This document shows, one piece after another, positions 38,064 to 52,100 of a stretch of DNA of 64,000 bases. The stretch's first letter is position 1, and each line of letters starts with the position of its first letter. Both the position numbers and the translations under genes were made by a program. Source of the DNA: Malacoraja senta (Eukaryota); NCBI GenBank assembly GCA_038087875.1, contig CM075994.1, forward strand, positions 6,202,001 through 6,266,000, written 5' to 3'. A model generated the notes under the pieces. That model had not been told where the DNA came from, did not search any database, and saw only the letters and a program-made list of their open reading frames with translations.

Positions 38064-41000
38064 TTAGACATTATAGATGCAAAAAGCAGGAGTAACTCAG
38101 TGGGTCAGGCAGCACTTCTAGAGATGTAATGGGTGACGTTTCGGGTCGAGACCCTTCAGTCCTTATCATTGCCCCTCTTACTACTTTGAACGAGTTTAAT
38201 TAATTTGGAGATTCTCCCCCCTTCTCCCTCTTCCCTCCCCCAGTTGCCCCAGAATTAAGATAGCGTGTGTATGCACTGAAAGACTGTGGGAAGCGCTCTG
38301 TTAAGTATGTTCGAATTACAACGATTCACTTCTGCACCTGTGCAACATTGTTCCTCGCATGCCAAAAAAGGATTCAAAATGCGAATGTATCTCAGCGAGT
38401 CAGGCAGCATCTCAGGACAACATGGATAGGTTACTTTTTGGGTCGGCTTACACTATATGAGGGTATGGAACAGACAGGAGCATGAATAAAAGACCACTCA
38501 GACCTTCATGGCTGCTCCATCATTTAGTAAGATTACTGTCGTTCTGTGTGAGGACCCTTCACGACCCGAAATGTCACCTATCCTTTTTCTCCAGAGATGC
38601 TGCCTGACCCACTGAGCCAACCTAACACCTGCTGGGCTTTGTCCTGCCCCTCCTCCCTTCTAGCTTCCTTTTCCCCACCCCTCCTCCACAATCAGCATTG
38701 GCAGTTCCTCATTTCTCTAACCCATGCAAATATAGTTTCCGTTTTGCATAAATATAGTTTGCTGATGGAAGGTCTGGGTAAAACCAAATATTCATACAGT
38801 CATACAGCATGCAAAAAGTCATACAGCATTGAAACAGGCCCTTCGGCCCAATTTACCCTTGCCGACCAACATTCCCCATCTACATTAGCCCCACCTACCT
38901 GCATTTGGACCATATCCCTCTAAACCTATCCTATCCATGCACCTGTCTAAATGTTTCTGAAACATTGTGATAGTACCTGCCTCAACTACCTCCTCCGGCA
39001 GCTCGTTCCATACACCCACCACCCTTTGTGTAAAATCATTACTCCTTAGGTTTCTATTAAATCTGGACTTTTTGGTGCCTTACCTCACAGTGGAAAGTGT
39101 TGATTCTGCTGTGGGAGGACATTCATGTTGAATCCTATAGCGCATTGTGTCTTTCTTTATTTTTTTATTTTATATGGATGTATGGTAATCTAATTTCTTC
39201 TTTGAAAACCCTTTGGCTTCAACGTGATTTGATTTAAAAGTGCTATTTAAATAAAAAATACTTATTTACTTACTAAATCTTTTCCCCCTCACCTTAAACC
39301 ATGTCCTCTGGTGCTCAATTCCCCAACTCTTGGCAAACGACTGTGCGTTTACCCAATCTATTCCTCTCCTGATTTTGTACCCCTCTATAAGATCACCCCT
39401 CGTCCTCCTGCACTCCAAGGAATAGTATCCCAGCCTACTCAGGCCCTCGAGTCCTGGCAACATCCTCGTGAATCTTCTCTGCACCTTTGTCAGTTTGACC
39501 ATAACATGGTGACCAAAACTGAAACAATACTCAAAATTTGGCCTCACCAACGTTTTATGTAACTGTAACATGACCTCCCAACTTACACATGTAAGAACAC
39601 GCTGCAGATGGTTTGCACCGTAGATAGACACAAAATGGTGGAATAAGGCAGCATCTGTGTAGAAAATGAATAGGTGATGTTTCAGGTCTGATGAAGGGTC
39701 TCGACCCGGAACGTCACCTATTCCTTTTTCTCCAGAGATGCTGCCTGACCCGCTGAGTTACTCCAGAATTTTGTGTCCATCTCCCAACTTCGATACTCAA
39801 TACTCTGACTGCCACAGAATCAAGACACTGCTTGGCAGTGCCACGACATAAGAGTTGCACAGCACGCAACAGTGCCTACTCAACAGTGTACTGCCAAAAA
39901 TTGTTTTGCATTTCCTTTGTAAAGTTGTTTTTAATCTAAGCCAATGTCTGATATTCACCATGCGTCTGGTAAAATGCAAATAGTTCAGTTTTGAAGAGGT
40001 AAAACTGTAGTAATCCAATACAAATCACAAAATGCTGCAGGAACTCAGTGGGTGAGACAACATTTGTGGAGGGAATGGTCAGACAGGATCGTTCTTCAGA
40101 TCGATTGGAATAGGAGAGAGAAAGTTGGAAAAGAGAGGTCGGGTGTAGCAAAAACTGGCACGTGATAGGTCTATGACCCGAAACACCACCCATGCTTTTT
40201 CACCAGAGAGGCTGCTTCACCCACTGAGTTATTCCAGCACTTTGTGTCTATCTGCGGTATAAAGCAGCATCTACAGTTCCTTTCCACACATGTGATAGGT
40301 GGATACAGGACTTTATTCCTTGGAGTGCAGGATGATGAGGGGTGATCTTATACAGGTGTGTAAAATCATGAGGGGAATAGATAGGGTAAATGCACAGTCT
40401 TTTACCCAGAATAGGGGAATCAAGAACCAGCGGACAAAGGTTTAAGGTGAGAAGGGAAAGATTTAACAGGAATGTGAGACAACTTTTTCACACGAAAGGT
40501 GGTGGGCGTATGGAACGAGTTGCCAGAGGAGGTAGTTGAGGCAGGTACTATCACATTTAAAAGTTCATAAGTGATAGCAGCAGTACTAGGCCACTCAGCC
40601 CATCAAGTCTATTCTGCCATTGAAGCATGGCTGATCCATCTCTCCCTCCTAACCCATTTTTCTGCCTTCTCCCCATAACCCGTGACACCCGTACTAATCA
40701 AGAATTTATCTATCTCTGCCTTAAAAATATCAAGTGACTTGGCCTCCACAGCCTTCCGTGGCAATGAATTCCACAGATTCACCACACTCTGACTAAACAA
40801 ATTCCTTACCTTTACCATGTAGGGAATTCTGAAAGTCATGCAAAAGATGAGTAGTTTGTAATACATTTAACCTAAGAGCTGACATACAGGGAAAGCATGA
40901 TATGAAAAGAGGAGAACATAACAAAGGGAAATTAAAGATGTTAGGAGAGGCAATAAATAGATATAGTTTCGACAACATAGTTTAAATAAATATTGGGTTG

Positions 41001-41374
41001 AGATGAGACTAGATGGGGTAAACAGTCTGAACCTTTTTCCAGAATGGAATCGACAAAGACATGGATGACCCAGCTTTAAGGTGAGATGGGGCAAACGTTA
41101 AAGGAGATGTGTGGGGCATGTTTTGTTTTTACACAGAGAGTAATGGGTACCTGTAAAGTGCTGCCAGGGATGGCGGTGGGGACAGATTCAATAGGGGCGT
41201 TTAAGAGGCTTTTAGATAGTCACATGGGGAATGGAGGGATTATGGATCACATGCAGGCAGAGGAGATTAGTTTAACTTGCCGTCGTGTTCAGAGCGGACA
41301 TTGTGGGCAGGACGTTCCATGTTCTACGTTCATTGAATTAAGCATTAGCCATGTTCAACTAAACAATCAATAAT

Positions 41375-41724
41375 TGATAATGAGAGGAATAGATCAGGTA
41401 GATGCACAGAATCTCTTGCCCAAAGTAGGGGAATCGAGGACCAGAGGACATAGGTTCAAGGTGAAAGGGAAAAGATTTAATAGGAATCTGACAGGTATTC
41501 TTTTCACACAAAGGGTGGTGGGTGTATGGAACAAGCTGCCAGAGGAAGTAGTTGAGGCTGGGACTATCCCAACGTTTAAGAAACAGTTGGACAGGTGCAT
41601 GGCTAGGACAGGTTTGGAAGGATATGGACCAAGCGCAGGCAGGTGGGACTAGTGTAGCTGGGACATGTTGACCAGCGTGGGCAAGTTGGGCTGAAGGGCC
41701 TGTTTCCACACTGTGTCACTGTAT
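41375..41724 (+). mobile_element. CR1 LINE 3' fragment
   Basis: RTRGHRFKVKGKRF..FTQRVVGVWNKLP..GYGPSAGRWD* followed by the 3' UTR. Confidence 0.9.
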
Positions 41725-42352
41725 GACTAGTGTAGCTGGGACATGTTGGCCAGCGTGGGCAAGTTGGGCTGAAGGGCCTGTTTTCACACTGTGTCACTCT
41801 ATGACTAATGTAGCTGGGACATGTTGGCCAGCGTGGGCAAGTTGGGCTGAAGGGCCTGTTTCCACACTGTGTTACTCTATGACTAGTGTAGCTGGGACAT
41901 GTTGGCCAGCGTGGGAAAGTTGGGCTGAAGGGCCTGTTTCCACACTATATTACTCTGTGACTAATGTAGCTGGGACATGTTGGCCAGCGTGGGCAAGTTG
42001 GGCTGAAGAGCCTGTTTCCACACTGTGTCACTCTATGACTAGTGTAGCTGGGACATGTTGGCCAGTGTGGGCAAGTTGGGCTGAAGGGCCTGTTTCCACA
42101 CTGTGTCACTCTATGACTAGTGTAGCTGGGACATGTGGGCCAGCATGGGCAAGTTGGGCTGAAGGGCCTGTTTCCACACTATATTAGTCTATGACTAGTG
42201 TAGCTGGGACATGTTGGCCAGCGTGGGCAAGTTGGGCTGAAGGGCCTGTTTCCACACTGTGTCACTCTATGACTAGTGTAGCTAAGACATGTTGGCCAGC
42301 GTGGGCAAGTTGGGCTGAAGGGCCTGTTTCCACACTATATCACTCAATGACT
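41647..42352 (+). repeat. Tandem array of nine 78-bp units made of the CR1 3' UTR
   Basis: Units start at 41647, 41725, 41803 and so on up to 42271 (gacta(g/a)tgtagct...gggcctgtttccacactgtgtcactctat). Confidence 0.95.
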
Positions 42353-42454
42353 CTAATTTCGAAAGTCAGCTTCAGAAGAGTAATTATTTTATCCCAGCAA
42401 AGCTGTTCCAATATTCAAAGGACTCTTGACATATTATTCTATATTGTCATATGT

Positions 42455-44757
42455 CATGTATATTATCATATGCGCTCAGTCCACATAAACCTACCTGATC
42501 TGCCAGCTGCTAAACACTTTAACTCCCACTCCCATTCCCACATTGTCCTTTCTGTCCTGGGCCACCTCCATTGCCAGAGTGAGGCCCAGCGCAAATTGGA
42601 AGAACAGCACCTCATTCCGATTCCGATTCCGATTCCGATTCAACTTTATTGGCATTGTGCAGTGTACAGTACAGAGACAACGAAATGCAGTTAGCATCTC
42701 CCTAGAAGAGCGACATAAATATGAGCAGTAAATAAATAAATCTAATAAATCCTGGTGGGAGGAGTGTCCGGGGGGGGGGGGGGGGTGTGATTGGCAGTCA
42801 CCGAGGTACAGTGTTGAGTAGTGTAACCGCCGCAGGGAAGAAGCTGTTCCTGGACCTGCTGGTCCGGCAACGGAGAGACCTGTAGCGCCTCCCGGATGGT
42901 AGGAGGGTAAACAGTCTGTGGTTGAGGTGAGAGCAGTCCTTGGCGATGCTGAGCGCCCTTCGCAGACAACGCTTGCTTTGGACAGACTCAATGGTGGGGA
43001 GTGAGGAACCGGTGATGCGTTGGGCAATTTTCACCACACTCTGCAGTGCTTTCCGGTCGGAGACAGAGCAGTTGCCATACCATACTGTGATGCAGTTGGT
43101 AAGGATGCTCTCGATGGTGCAGCGGTAGAAGTTCACCAGAATCCGAGGAGACAGATGGACCTTCTTTAGTCTCCTCAGGAAGAAGAGACGCTGGTGAGCC
43201 TTCTTGACCAGAGTTGAGGTATTGTTGGTCCAAGAGAGGTCATCGGAGATGTTGACCCCCAGGAACCTGAAGCTGGAAACACGTTCCACCTCCCTCCCGT
43301 TAATGTGGATGGGGGTGTGCATGCCGCCCCTAGACTTCCTGAAGTCTACAATGAGCTCCTTGGTCTTCTTGGAGTTAAGGGCCAGGTTGTTGTCAGCGCA
43401 CCATGCTGCTAGGAGCTGGACCTCCTCCCTATAGGCCGACTCATCGTTGTTGCTGATGAGGCCAATCACCATTGTATCATCTGCATACTTGATGATGGTG
43501 TTAGTACCATGTACAGGTGTGCAGTCGTAGGTGAAGAGGGAGTAGAGGAGGGGGCTCAGCACACAGCCCTGTGGAACGCCGGTGTTCAGGGTGAGGGTTG
43601 AAGAGGTGTGCTTGTCTAACCTAACAGACTGGGGTCTGTTGGTTAGAAAGTCCAGTATCCAGTTGCAGAGGGAGGGGTCGATGCCCAGGTCACCGAGTTT
43701 GGTGATCAGTTTAGAGGGTATGATGGTGTTGAATGCTGAGCTGTAATCGATGAACAGCATTCTTACGTAAGTGTCTCTGTTGTCGAGGTGGGAGAGGGCG
43801 GAGTGAAGTGCCGTTGAGATGGCATCCTCCGTACTCCTGTTCTTGCGGTAGGCAAACTGATAGGGATCCAACGTGGGGGGTAGGCAGCCTTTGAGGTGTG
43901 CCAGGACCAGCCTCTCGAAGCACTTGGCGATGATGGGAGTAAGTGCAACTGGGCGGAAGTCGTTGAGGCTTGCCGCAGTGGAGTGTTTTGGCACCGGCAC
44001 GATGGAGGTGGATTTAAGGCACGTGGGCACAACTGCTTGGGCAAGTGACAGGTTGAAGATGTCAGTCCAGACGTCTGTCAGCTGCGCAGCACAGGTCCTG
44101 AGGACGCGCCCGGGGATGCCGTCGGGGCCAGCAGCCTTACGTGCATTAGTCCTACTCAGTGCCACGTACACGTCGAAGGGGGTGAGTGAGAGGGGCTGGT
44201 GATCGGCAGGGAGCACCGCCTTGATGGCCAACTGCCGATTGTCCCTATCGAAACGGCCATAGAAGTGGTTGAGCTCCTCAAGGAAGGAGGCGTTACTGGA
44301 TGTGGGGGTCGTGTTGGTGGGTCTAAAGTCCGTGATGGCCTGGATGCCTTGCCACATGCGTCGGGGGTCGGAGCTTGGGCAGCTTACACCCCAGTGGTAT
44401 GAGCATTGACTTCTCTAACTTCAAATAACCTTTGCTTTCCCTCTCTCTGCATCCCTCCCCCTTTCCGTACTCCCTCCGACTACATTTTATCTTGGTTTGC
44501 TTTGTTGTTACCTTCTTCCAGCTAACAATGATCTATTCGACATTTTCCTTGACCATCATTCTCTTTGTCCTATTTTCATACCTTAAACTTCCTTATCTAT
44601 GTGTCTCCCTCTCCCCTGACATCAGTCTGACGAAGGGTCTTGACCTCAAACGCCACCCATTCCTTCTCTCCAGAGATGCTGCCTGTCCCGCTGAGTTAAC
44701 CCAGCATTTTGTGTGTATCTTCGGTTTAAACCAGCATCTGCAGTTCCTTCCTACACA
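42455..44757 (+). mobile_element. Penelope-like element 3' part, split by a Rex1 insertion
   Basis: MRSV..DLPAAKHFNS..SEAQRKLEEQHL stops at ~42613 and resumes at 44373 as [17 protein letters not shown]. It is followed by a pLTR with a degenerate hammerhead (~44625). Confidence 0.85.
42614..44372 (-). mobile_element. 5'-truncated Rex1/Babar-like LINE with an uninterrupted RT ORF (42798-44357)
   Basis: 519-aa ORF with [44 protein letters not shown] and FLGV motifs. (AATCGG)n tail. Confidence 0.95.
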
Positions 44758-45000
44758 TCATCATGCTGGCCTGGTTGACGGCCCCAACGATGATGAGCAC
44801 GGCTGCGGTCATCGAAGGCAGCGTTTTGTGCGTGTTGATCACAGCACTCGATTCCATGAATGATCGCCTGATGTCTTACTCAGGCGGGATGTAGACTGCA
44901 GACAAGATGACAACAGGAAACTCCCCTGGTAGATTAAACAGTCACCACTTAATCCCCAGATGCTGCGTCTGGGATTCAAGAATTGAGCAAGCCTGCCACA

Positions 45001-48000
45001 CTTTTTTATTTTTTTATTTTTTTAAGAAAGAAGTAGTGAAAAGTAAAGAAAAGTCTAGTGAGTGTGAAATAAAGAAAATAAATAAGTAAGAAAGTGAAGC
45101 AGAAAGGAGATTCTCCCTCGCCACGTCGATGCTTTTTTATGTTCTTAATCATTTTTCACCCAAACCCAGAATTTGTTAATTTTACAATACTATTGCACCA
45201 CATGAATCCACAAGGTCAATAAATGGAGACCAACTCGTTAAGAATTGGTCTTGTTTATCTATTAGGAGGAGTCTCATTTCTTCCAAGTGGGCAGTTTCCA
45301 ACATATTACCAATCCACATTTTGAGTGTTGGTAAAGTAGCATTTTCCAAAATTTAAGTATGAGTTTTTTTGATGTTTTTAAACCATAATTAAAAAATGAA
45401 ATTTGGGATATATTTAATTTGTTTCCATCTCCTATTACTCCGAAGATAATCATTTCCATATTAGGTTCCATTTTTATCTTAAATAAACTAGTAAATATAT
45501 CAAATATATCACACCAAAATCCATGAAGTTTTGTGCAAGAAACGAAAGAATGTGTGATATTGGCATTTTGAGAAAGACATTTATCACAGATGGGAAAAAT
45601 ATTTGAATAAAATTTATTCAACCTAACTTTTGAATAATATAATCTATGTAATATTGTAAATTGAATTATATTATGTCTAGCGTTAATCAAACATTTATGT
45701 ATATATATCAAATACCTCTCCCATGTTTCTTTAGGAATTTTTGTCATTAATTATTTTTCCCAGTCTTCACTAATTGCCTCTGTTGATGGCAATTCTCTAT
45801 TAAGAATACTATTATATAAATATGATATTATTTTTTGTGAGTCCGCCTTAATATTCATTGCTTCTTCCAGTGGGTCTATCATTATGCTCTGTAGTCTTGG
45901 TATATATTTTTTTATAAAGTCACATATCTGTAAATATTTAAAGTATTGGTTATTATTCAGATTAAATTTTGATTTTAATTGTTGAAATGATAATAAATTT
46001 CCCATTTCATACATGTCACCCACCTTTTTAATTCCCAATCTTTCCCATTGTCTATATGTTTTATCCATAAAAGATGGTTTAAATACCGGATTATTCACTA
46101 TTGGTGTTAATGATGATAAGTTCCTTAATTTTAAAGTTAATTTTATTTGTTTCCAAATTCGAATTATATTATGTATAATTGGATTCTTCTTATATAATGT
46201 ATTATTCAATTTTATCGGGGAGAAGAGGATCGCTCCTAAATCGTACGGAAAACAATCCTCTTTCTCCATTCTTATCCATTCCATCTGTTGAGAAGGGCCA
46301 TCCAACCAATAAATGATATTCTTAATATGCACTGCCCAATAATAATATAAAAAATTAGGCAGTGCAAGTCCCCCTACATCATTAGGTTTACACAGATGAT
46401 TTATTTTAATTCTATGTGCTTTATAGTCCCAAATAAAATTAGTAATATTAGAGTCTAGTTTTTTTAAGAAATATTTTGGTATATATATTGGTATGGATTG
46501 AAATAAATATATTATTTGTGGTAGAAATATCATTTTTATAGCATTTATTCTGCCAATTAATGATAATGGCAGCGATTTCCAAAATTTAATCAGACCATTC
46601 ACTTTATTTAATAAAGGACTAAAATTAGCATTAAATAATGATTTATATCTTCTCGTAACTTGAATACCTAAATATTTAATTTTTTCCGTTGCAATTTTAA
46701 ATGGAAATTTTAATAGATGATTCGCTTTCTGGGGCTGTAATGACATAATTTCACTTATTCCAATTTATTCTATATCCAGAAAAAGAGCCAAATTCCTCTA
46801 TTACGTTTAGTAAATTCGGGATACTCATTTCTGAATTTCTAATATATAAAAGTATATCATCAGCATATAATGACATTTTATTATTAGAGTCCTTAGTATT
46901 ATATCCCTGAATATTCGGATGTGTTCTTATCCTTTCAGCCAAAGGCTCTATCATAAGGGCAAATAGCAGGGGTGATAAAACACATCCCTGCCTATTGCCT
47001 CATGATAATTGGAATTTTGGAGACAACATATTAGGTTTATCATATAATAATTTCACCCATCTAATAAAATTATCTCCCATATTAAATTTTTGGAGTACTA
47101 AATATAAATACTGCCACTCTACCTGATCAAATGTTTTCTCTGCATCCAAAGATATAACTGATAAGTCTTCCTTTTCCACTTTATGTGAATACATTATGTT
47201 AAAAAGTCGTCTCAAATTATTAAATGATTGTCTTTTAGGTATAAACCCCGTTTGGTCCGGTTTTATCAATTTATTAATATATTTACTCAATCTTCTTGTT
47301 AAAATCTTTGCTAACATTTTTTGATCTGTATTTAAAAGTGATATAGCTCTATACGAGCCCGGATCTTCTAGATCTTTATCTTTTTTTGGTATAAGCGTAA
47401 TTGTAGATTCTGCTAAAGTTTCTGGTAATTTCTTTTCGGTAAAAGCATAAGTATATAATTTAAGTAATCGTGGGACCATTAACTCCTGAAATCTTTTATA
47501 GAATTCATTATTAAAACCATCGGGCCCTGGTGTCTTCCCGTTTTTCAGTTCTTTTATTGTTTCTCTTATTTCTTCACTTGTGATCTGAGCTCCTAATTCC
47601 TCTTGTTCTAAAATATCCAATTTTTGCAAATTACAATTATCTAAAAAATTTATGTTTATTGTCTTCTATTTTAGTTTTAGATGTATATAAATTTTGATAA
47701 AATTGAGCTAACCTTTTATTAATATCCTTAGGTAAAGTTAATAGTTCCCCGTTCTCTGATTTGATTTTAATAATTGTTTTTTCTTTTTCTTGCTTCTTCA
47801 ATTGTCGTAATAGAAGTTTATGTGGTTTATCCCCAAATTCAAACTGTACTTGTTTTGTGATCTGAAATAATCTTATTACTCTTGCCGATAATATTCGATT
47901 AAGTTTAAATTTCAATAATGTGATCTTATTATGTTTATCTATAGTTGGGTCTTTTGCGTTACCTAATTCTAATAATTTAATTTCCTTTTCTAACGTCCAT

Positions 48001-48140
48001 TGTTCTGTCCTGTTTTTTTTAATTTAGAAAACTTTGATATGAAATTATAACTCCACGGATGAATGCCTTTAAAGATTCCCATAATAGAGATGGTGAAATA
48101 CCTGGTGTCTCGTTTGTCTCAAAAAAAAATTTCATTTGCT
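45001..48140 (-). mobile_element. AT-rich L1-clade LINE ORF2, frameshifted and 5'-truncated
   Basis: KTPGPDGF, YRAISLLN, QTGFIP, SLDAEK.FD, LYADDIL, KYLGI, GGLALPN and the C-terminal CxxC..H..C across several broken ORFs. A-rich tail near 45001. Confidence 0.9.
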
Positions 48141-49180
48141 GTTTTTTTGTTTGTTTTTGTTTTTGTTTATTTTATTAGAAGTTAATACAATACAAAACAA
48201 TACAGTGGCACCTAATTTTAGGTGCCAACTATGTCATAACGTAATGCATTCTATGTACAACCTCTAGTTTTATGTTTTTGAAAAGGAGGTAAAAAATAAA
48301 AAAAAGAAAGAAAAAAATAGAGAAAAGAAAGAGGAAAAATAAATAGTAGAAAATAGAAAAACGTGAAGTGTGTATATAAGAAAAGAAAAAAATAGAAAGT
48401 AGAAATAGTAGAAAAAGACCCTTAAAAAATAAATTTTCAAATCTTTGTTTGGAGATGTAAATCTATCCACGACCTGACCTGAAATCAGTAATCTTGACGG
48501 TACTGCTGCATCACATGATTCCAAAAAGTCGATGAAAGGGGACCAACTCCTTAAGAATTGGTCATATTTATCTATTAGGCGGAGTCTCATTTCTTCAAGA
48601 TGTGCTATGTCCGTCATATTCCTAATCCACATTTTAATAGTTGGTATAGCTGTATTTTTCTAAAATTTAAGTATCAATTTCTTTCCAATTATTAACCCAT
48701 AATTAAAGAATACTTTTTGGTCTTTGTTTAAATTGATATCTTCTAATATTATTCCAAATATAATCCATTCCATATTAGGTTCTATTCTTGACTTGAAGAG
48801 CTTTGTAAATATATCAAATATATCGCTCCAAAATGTATTCAACTTTGTACATCCTACAAATGAATGTGTTATATTGGCATTTTGAAACAAACATTTATCG
48901 CATCTGGGAGAGACATTTGGGTAAAATTTATTCAACCTCGTTTTTGAATAATATAGTCTATGTAATAATTTAAATTGCATTAAATTATGTCTTGCATTAA
49001 TGGAACAATTATGTGTATTCATCAGATACTTTTCCCATCTATCTTTCGGGATCTTTACCATTAGTTCATGTTCCCAATCTTCTCTTAGTGCCTCTGTTGA
49101 GGGTAATTCTCTATTTAATATACTATTATAAAAATATGATATTAGTTTTTGTGAATCAGCCTTAATATTCATTGCTTCTT
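48141..49180 (-). mobile_element. Second L1-clade 3' fragment
   Basis: ORF 48660-49172 is paralogous to 45274-45870 (MNIKADSQK..CDKCL.QNANITHSFV.C). It has its own 3' UTR and an A-rich tail at 48141-48175. Confidence 0.88.
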
Positions 49181-52100
49181 CATGGCTCTCTGCGGGTGAA
49201 AATTATGAAAGGTTTGGCCCTGGGGGAGAGGAGGCTCCCACTAACACCACCCCCTCTTCCATCTGCACTTAAACTGTGGGTCGATGAGTGAGGTGGGCCA
49301 TCGGAGAGGAATAGTGGGGGGTGTTGAGAACGAAGGGGGGTCCTGGTGTGGGGAGGGAGGAGGGGGGCAGCAGGCAGTAGATGGGACTTTTCAGAGAATT
49401 TTGGCAACTTTTTCGGCGTCAAAACGTGGCGACCCTTGTGTGCTGCCTAGGTGTGGTCTGCTGTATGATTTTACTGGGTTGTGTGCAAAAACAAAGTATA
49501 TTGCTGCACCTAGGTATACGTGACAAGGACGTTGAAACATTGAGGTTCTGGATTGTTCACAGGAGGACAATTCTCAGGCTCATGCCCCTCCTCAGCAGCC
49601 ACTGTTGCTAGCCCAAGCATTTTAACTTCACAGGGTGTTAGGGATAAGGAGAATTGACTCCGCCGAAAGCACTGACGTTTTCAGAGTCAAGTTTTTCCAC
49701 ACCTGATCTCCCTCTGTGGCACATCATCTCCAACACAGTGTATTTGACCAGCGCACAGACAGTCAGTGCTGTCATTGATTGAATGAAGAATACAGCGTTG
49801 AAACAGGCCCTTCGGCCTTCCCGTGTCTATGCCAACCATCGATCACACACTAGTTCAACGTTAACCCACTGTCACGTACAATCCCAACACACTAGGGCAC
49901 AATTAACCTACAAACCCACACCTCTCTCTGATGAGGGTGAAACCCAGAGCACCCGGAGGAAACCCACGTGGTCACATCCTACCACAACCAGAGAGCGGTG
50001 CCGAACTACTATCTACCACTTTGATGACCCTCGGACTATCCTTGATCGGACTTTACTGGCTTTACCTTGCACTAAACGTTATTCCCTTATCATGCATCTA
50101 GACACTATAAATGGATCGATTGTAATCAAGTATTGTCTTTCTGCTGACTGGTTAGCGCACAACATAAAGCTTTTCACTGTAACTCGGTACACGTGAAAGT
50201 AAACAAAACTAACTAAACTAAAACTAAAGGGAGAATGTTGAAACTCCACACACACACAGCGTGCAAGTTCAGGATCAAACACAGGTCTCTGCCGCTGAGG
50301 CACTGAGCTGCTTCAATACCTTCGCTGGCAGGTCATGTGATTGCGTGTTTGGAAGGTAGACCGAGGCAGGAAGGAGCGGGGGCGAGAAAGACAGCCGTTT
50401 ATTTATCACTTCATCTTTTGTTGAAGATGACTGATTATAGTGTTTTAGACTTTAGAGATACCGCACGATAACAGGCCCTTCGGTCAACTGAGACCGCTCT
50501 GACCAGCGATCTCTGTACACTAGAACTATCCTACACACTACAATTTTACCAACAACAATTAACCCACAAACCTGTACGTCTTTGGAGAGTGGGAAGATGA
50601 TGAATCTGTGGAATTCATTGCCGCAGAAGGATGTGGAGGCCAAGTCAATGGATATTTTTAAGGCAGAGATAGATAGATTCTTTATTAGTACAGGTGTCAG
50701 GAGTTAAGGGGAGAAGGCAGGAGAGTGGGGTTGGGAGGGAAAGATAGATCAGTCATGATTGAATGGCAGAGTAGACATGATGGGCCGAATGGCCTAATTC
50801 TGCTCCTATCACTAATGAACATGAACCGGAGCAGCCTGAGAGACCCGGATTCAATCCTGACTGCGGCTGCTGTCTGTACGGAGTTTGTACGTTCTCCCCA
50901 TGATCATGTTGGCTTTCTGCATGTGCTCCGGCTTCCTCCAACACTCGAAAGATGTAAACAGGCTTGTTGGTTAGAAATTGAAGCCATGTCATGTTATTAC
51001 CCCTCCAACAGCGACCATTTTACTTTATCCATGTGCAGAACAGAATGACTCTTTGTTACTTGAATTTCAATGAAATGGATATCGGTTCCACTGCCTTTAG
51101 GCTGAAGTCACATGATCATTGTCAGATTCATTGAACTAAATATTTATGCTGGGGTTTCATGTGGTGCAGTCAAGAGTCTTGGCCAGTTGCCAATAGTTAA
51201 TTCAGTTACTAATGGGTGAGACCATACATTGCTCAGATATTGATGCACAGAGAAGGCACACAGGCTTCAGCCTGATTGGTACCAGACCATGAAAGTATGC
51301 AATGAAGATCCCTTACAGCGCCAGAGACCAGCATTCAATCCTGACTATGGGTCAGTGTGGAAACAGTCCCTTTGGCCCACCGAGTCTGCGCCAACCAGCA
51401 ATCATCCCGTACACTAGCACTATCCTACACACTAGGGACATTTTACAATTAACAGAAGCCAATTAACCTACAATCCCGCACGTCTTCAGAGTGTGGGAGG
51501 AAACCAGAACACCCGGAGAAAACCCAAGCAGGTCACAGGGAGAACGTACAAAATGACATACAGACAGCACCCGTAGTCAGGATCGAACCCGGGTCTCTGG
51601 AGTGGTAAGGCAGCAACTCCTACTGATGTGCCACCGGGCCGCCCCTGTAGGTGACGAGGGAGTGGGTTTGTGTAGCTGACAGGTGGAAATAAGCCAGAGA
51701 TGTAAAGAAGACAAAAGGCTGCAAGGAGAGAAGAGTGAAGCCAGAGGAAGGGATAGAGGTGGAAGGTGGAAGGGGTGGAGGAAGGGGTGGGTAGTGTGAG
51801 AAATGGGTACGGATCCAGTTGGGGCACAGTAAACAGAAGGAGTTACCTAGAATTGGAGAATTCAATGTTCATACCAATGAAGTATACGCTGCACAAGCGG
51901 AATACAAGGTGCTGCTCCTCCGTTTTGCATGTGGCCTCATCCTGGCAATCGAGGCCCAGGACAGAAATGTGATGGAAGGAACTGCAGATGCTGGTTTTCA
52001 ACCAAAGGTAGATACAAAGTGTTGGAGTAGCTAAGCGGGACAGGCAGCATGTCTGGAAGGAAGGAATGGTGATGTTTTGGTTCAAGTCCCGAAACGTCAC

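Noticed and set aside
41647..42352. CRISPR-like array, or repeat-protein ORFs 41723-42187 and 42191-42694
   Set aside because: Units are contiguous with no unique spacers, derive from the CR1 3' UTR, and the ORFs arise only because 78 is divisible by 3.
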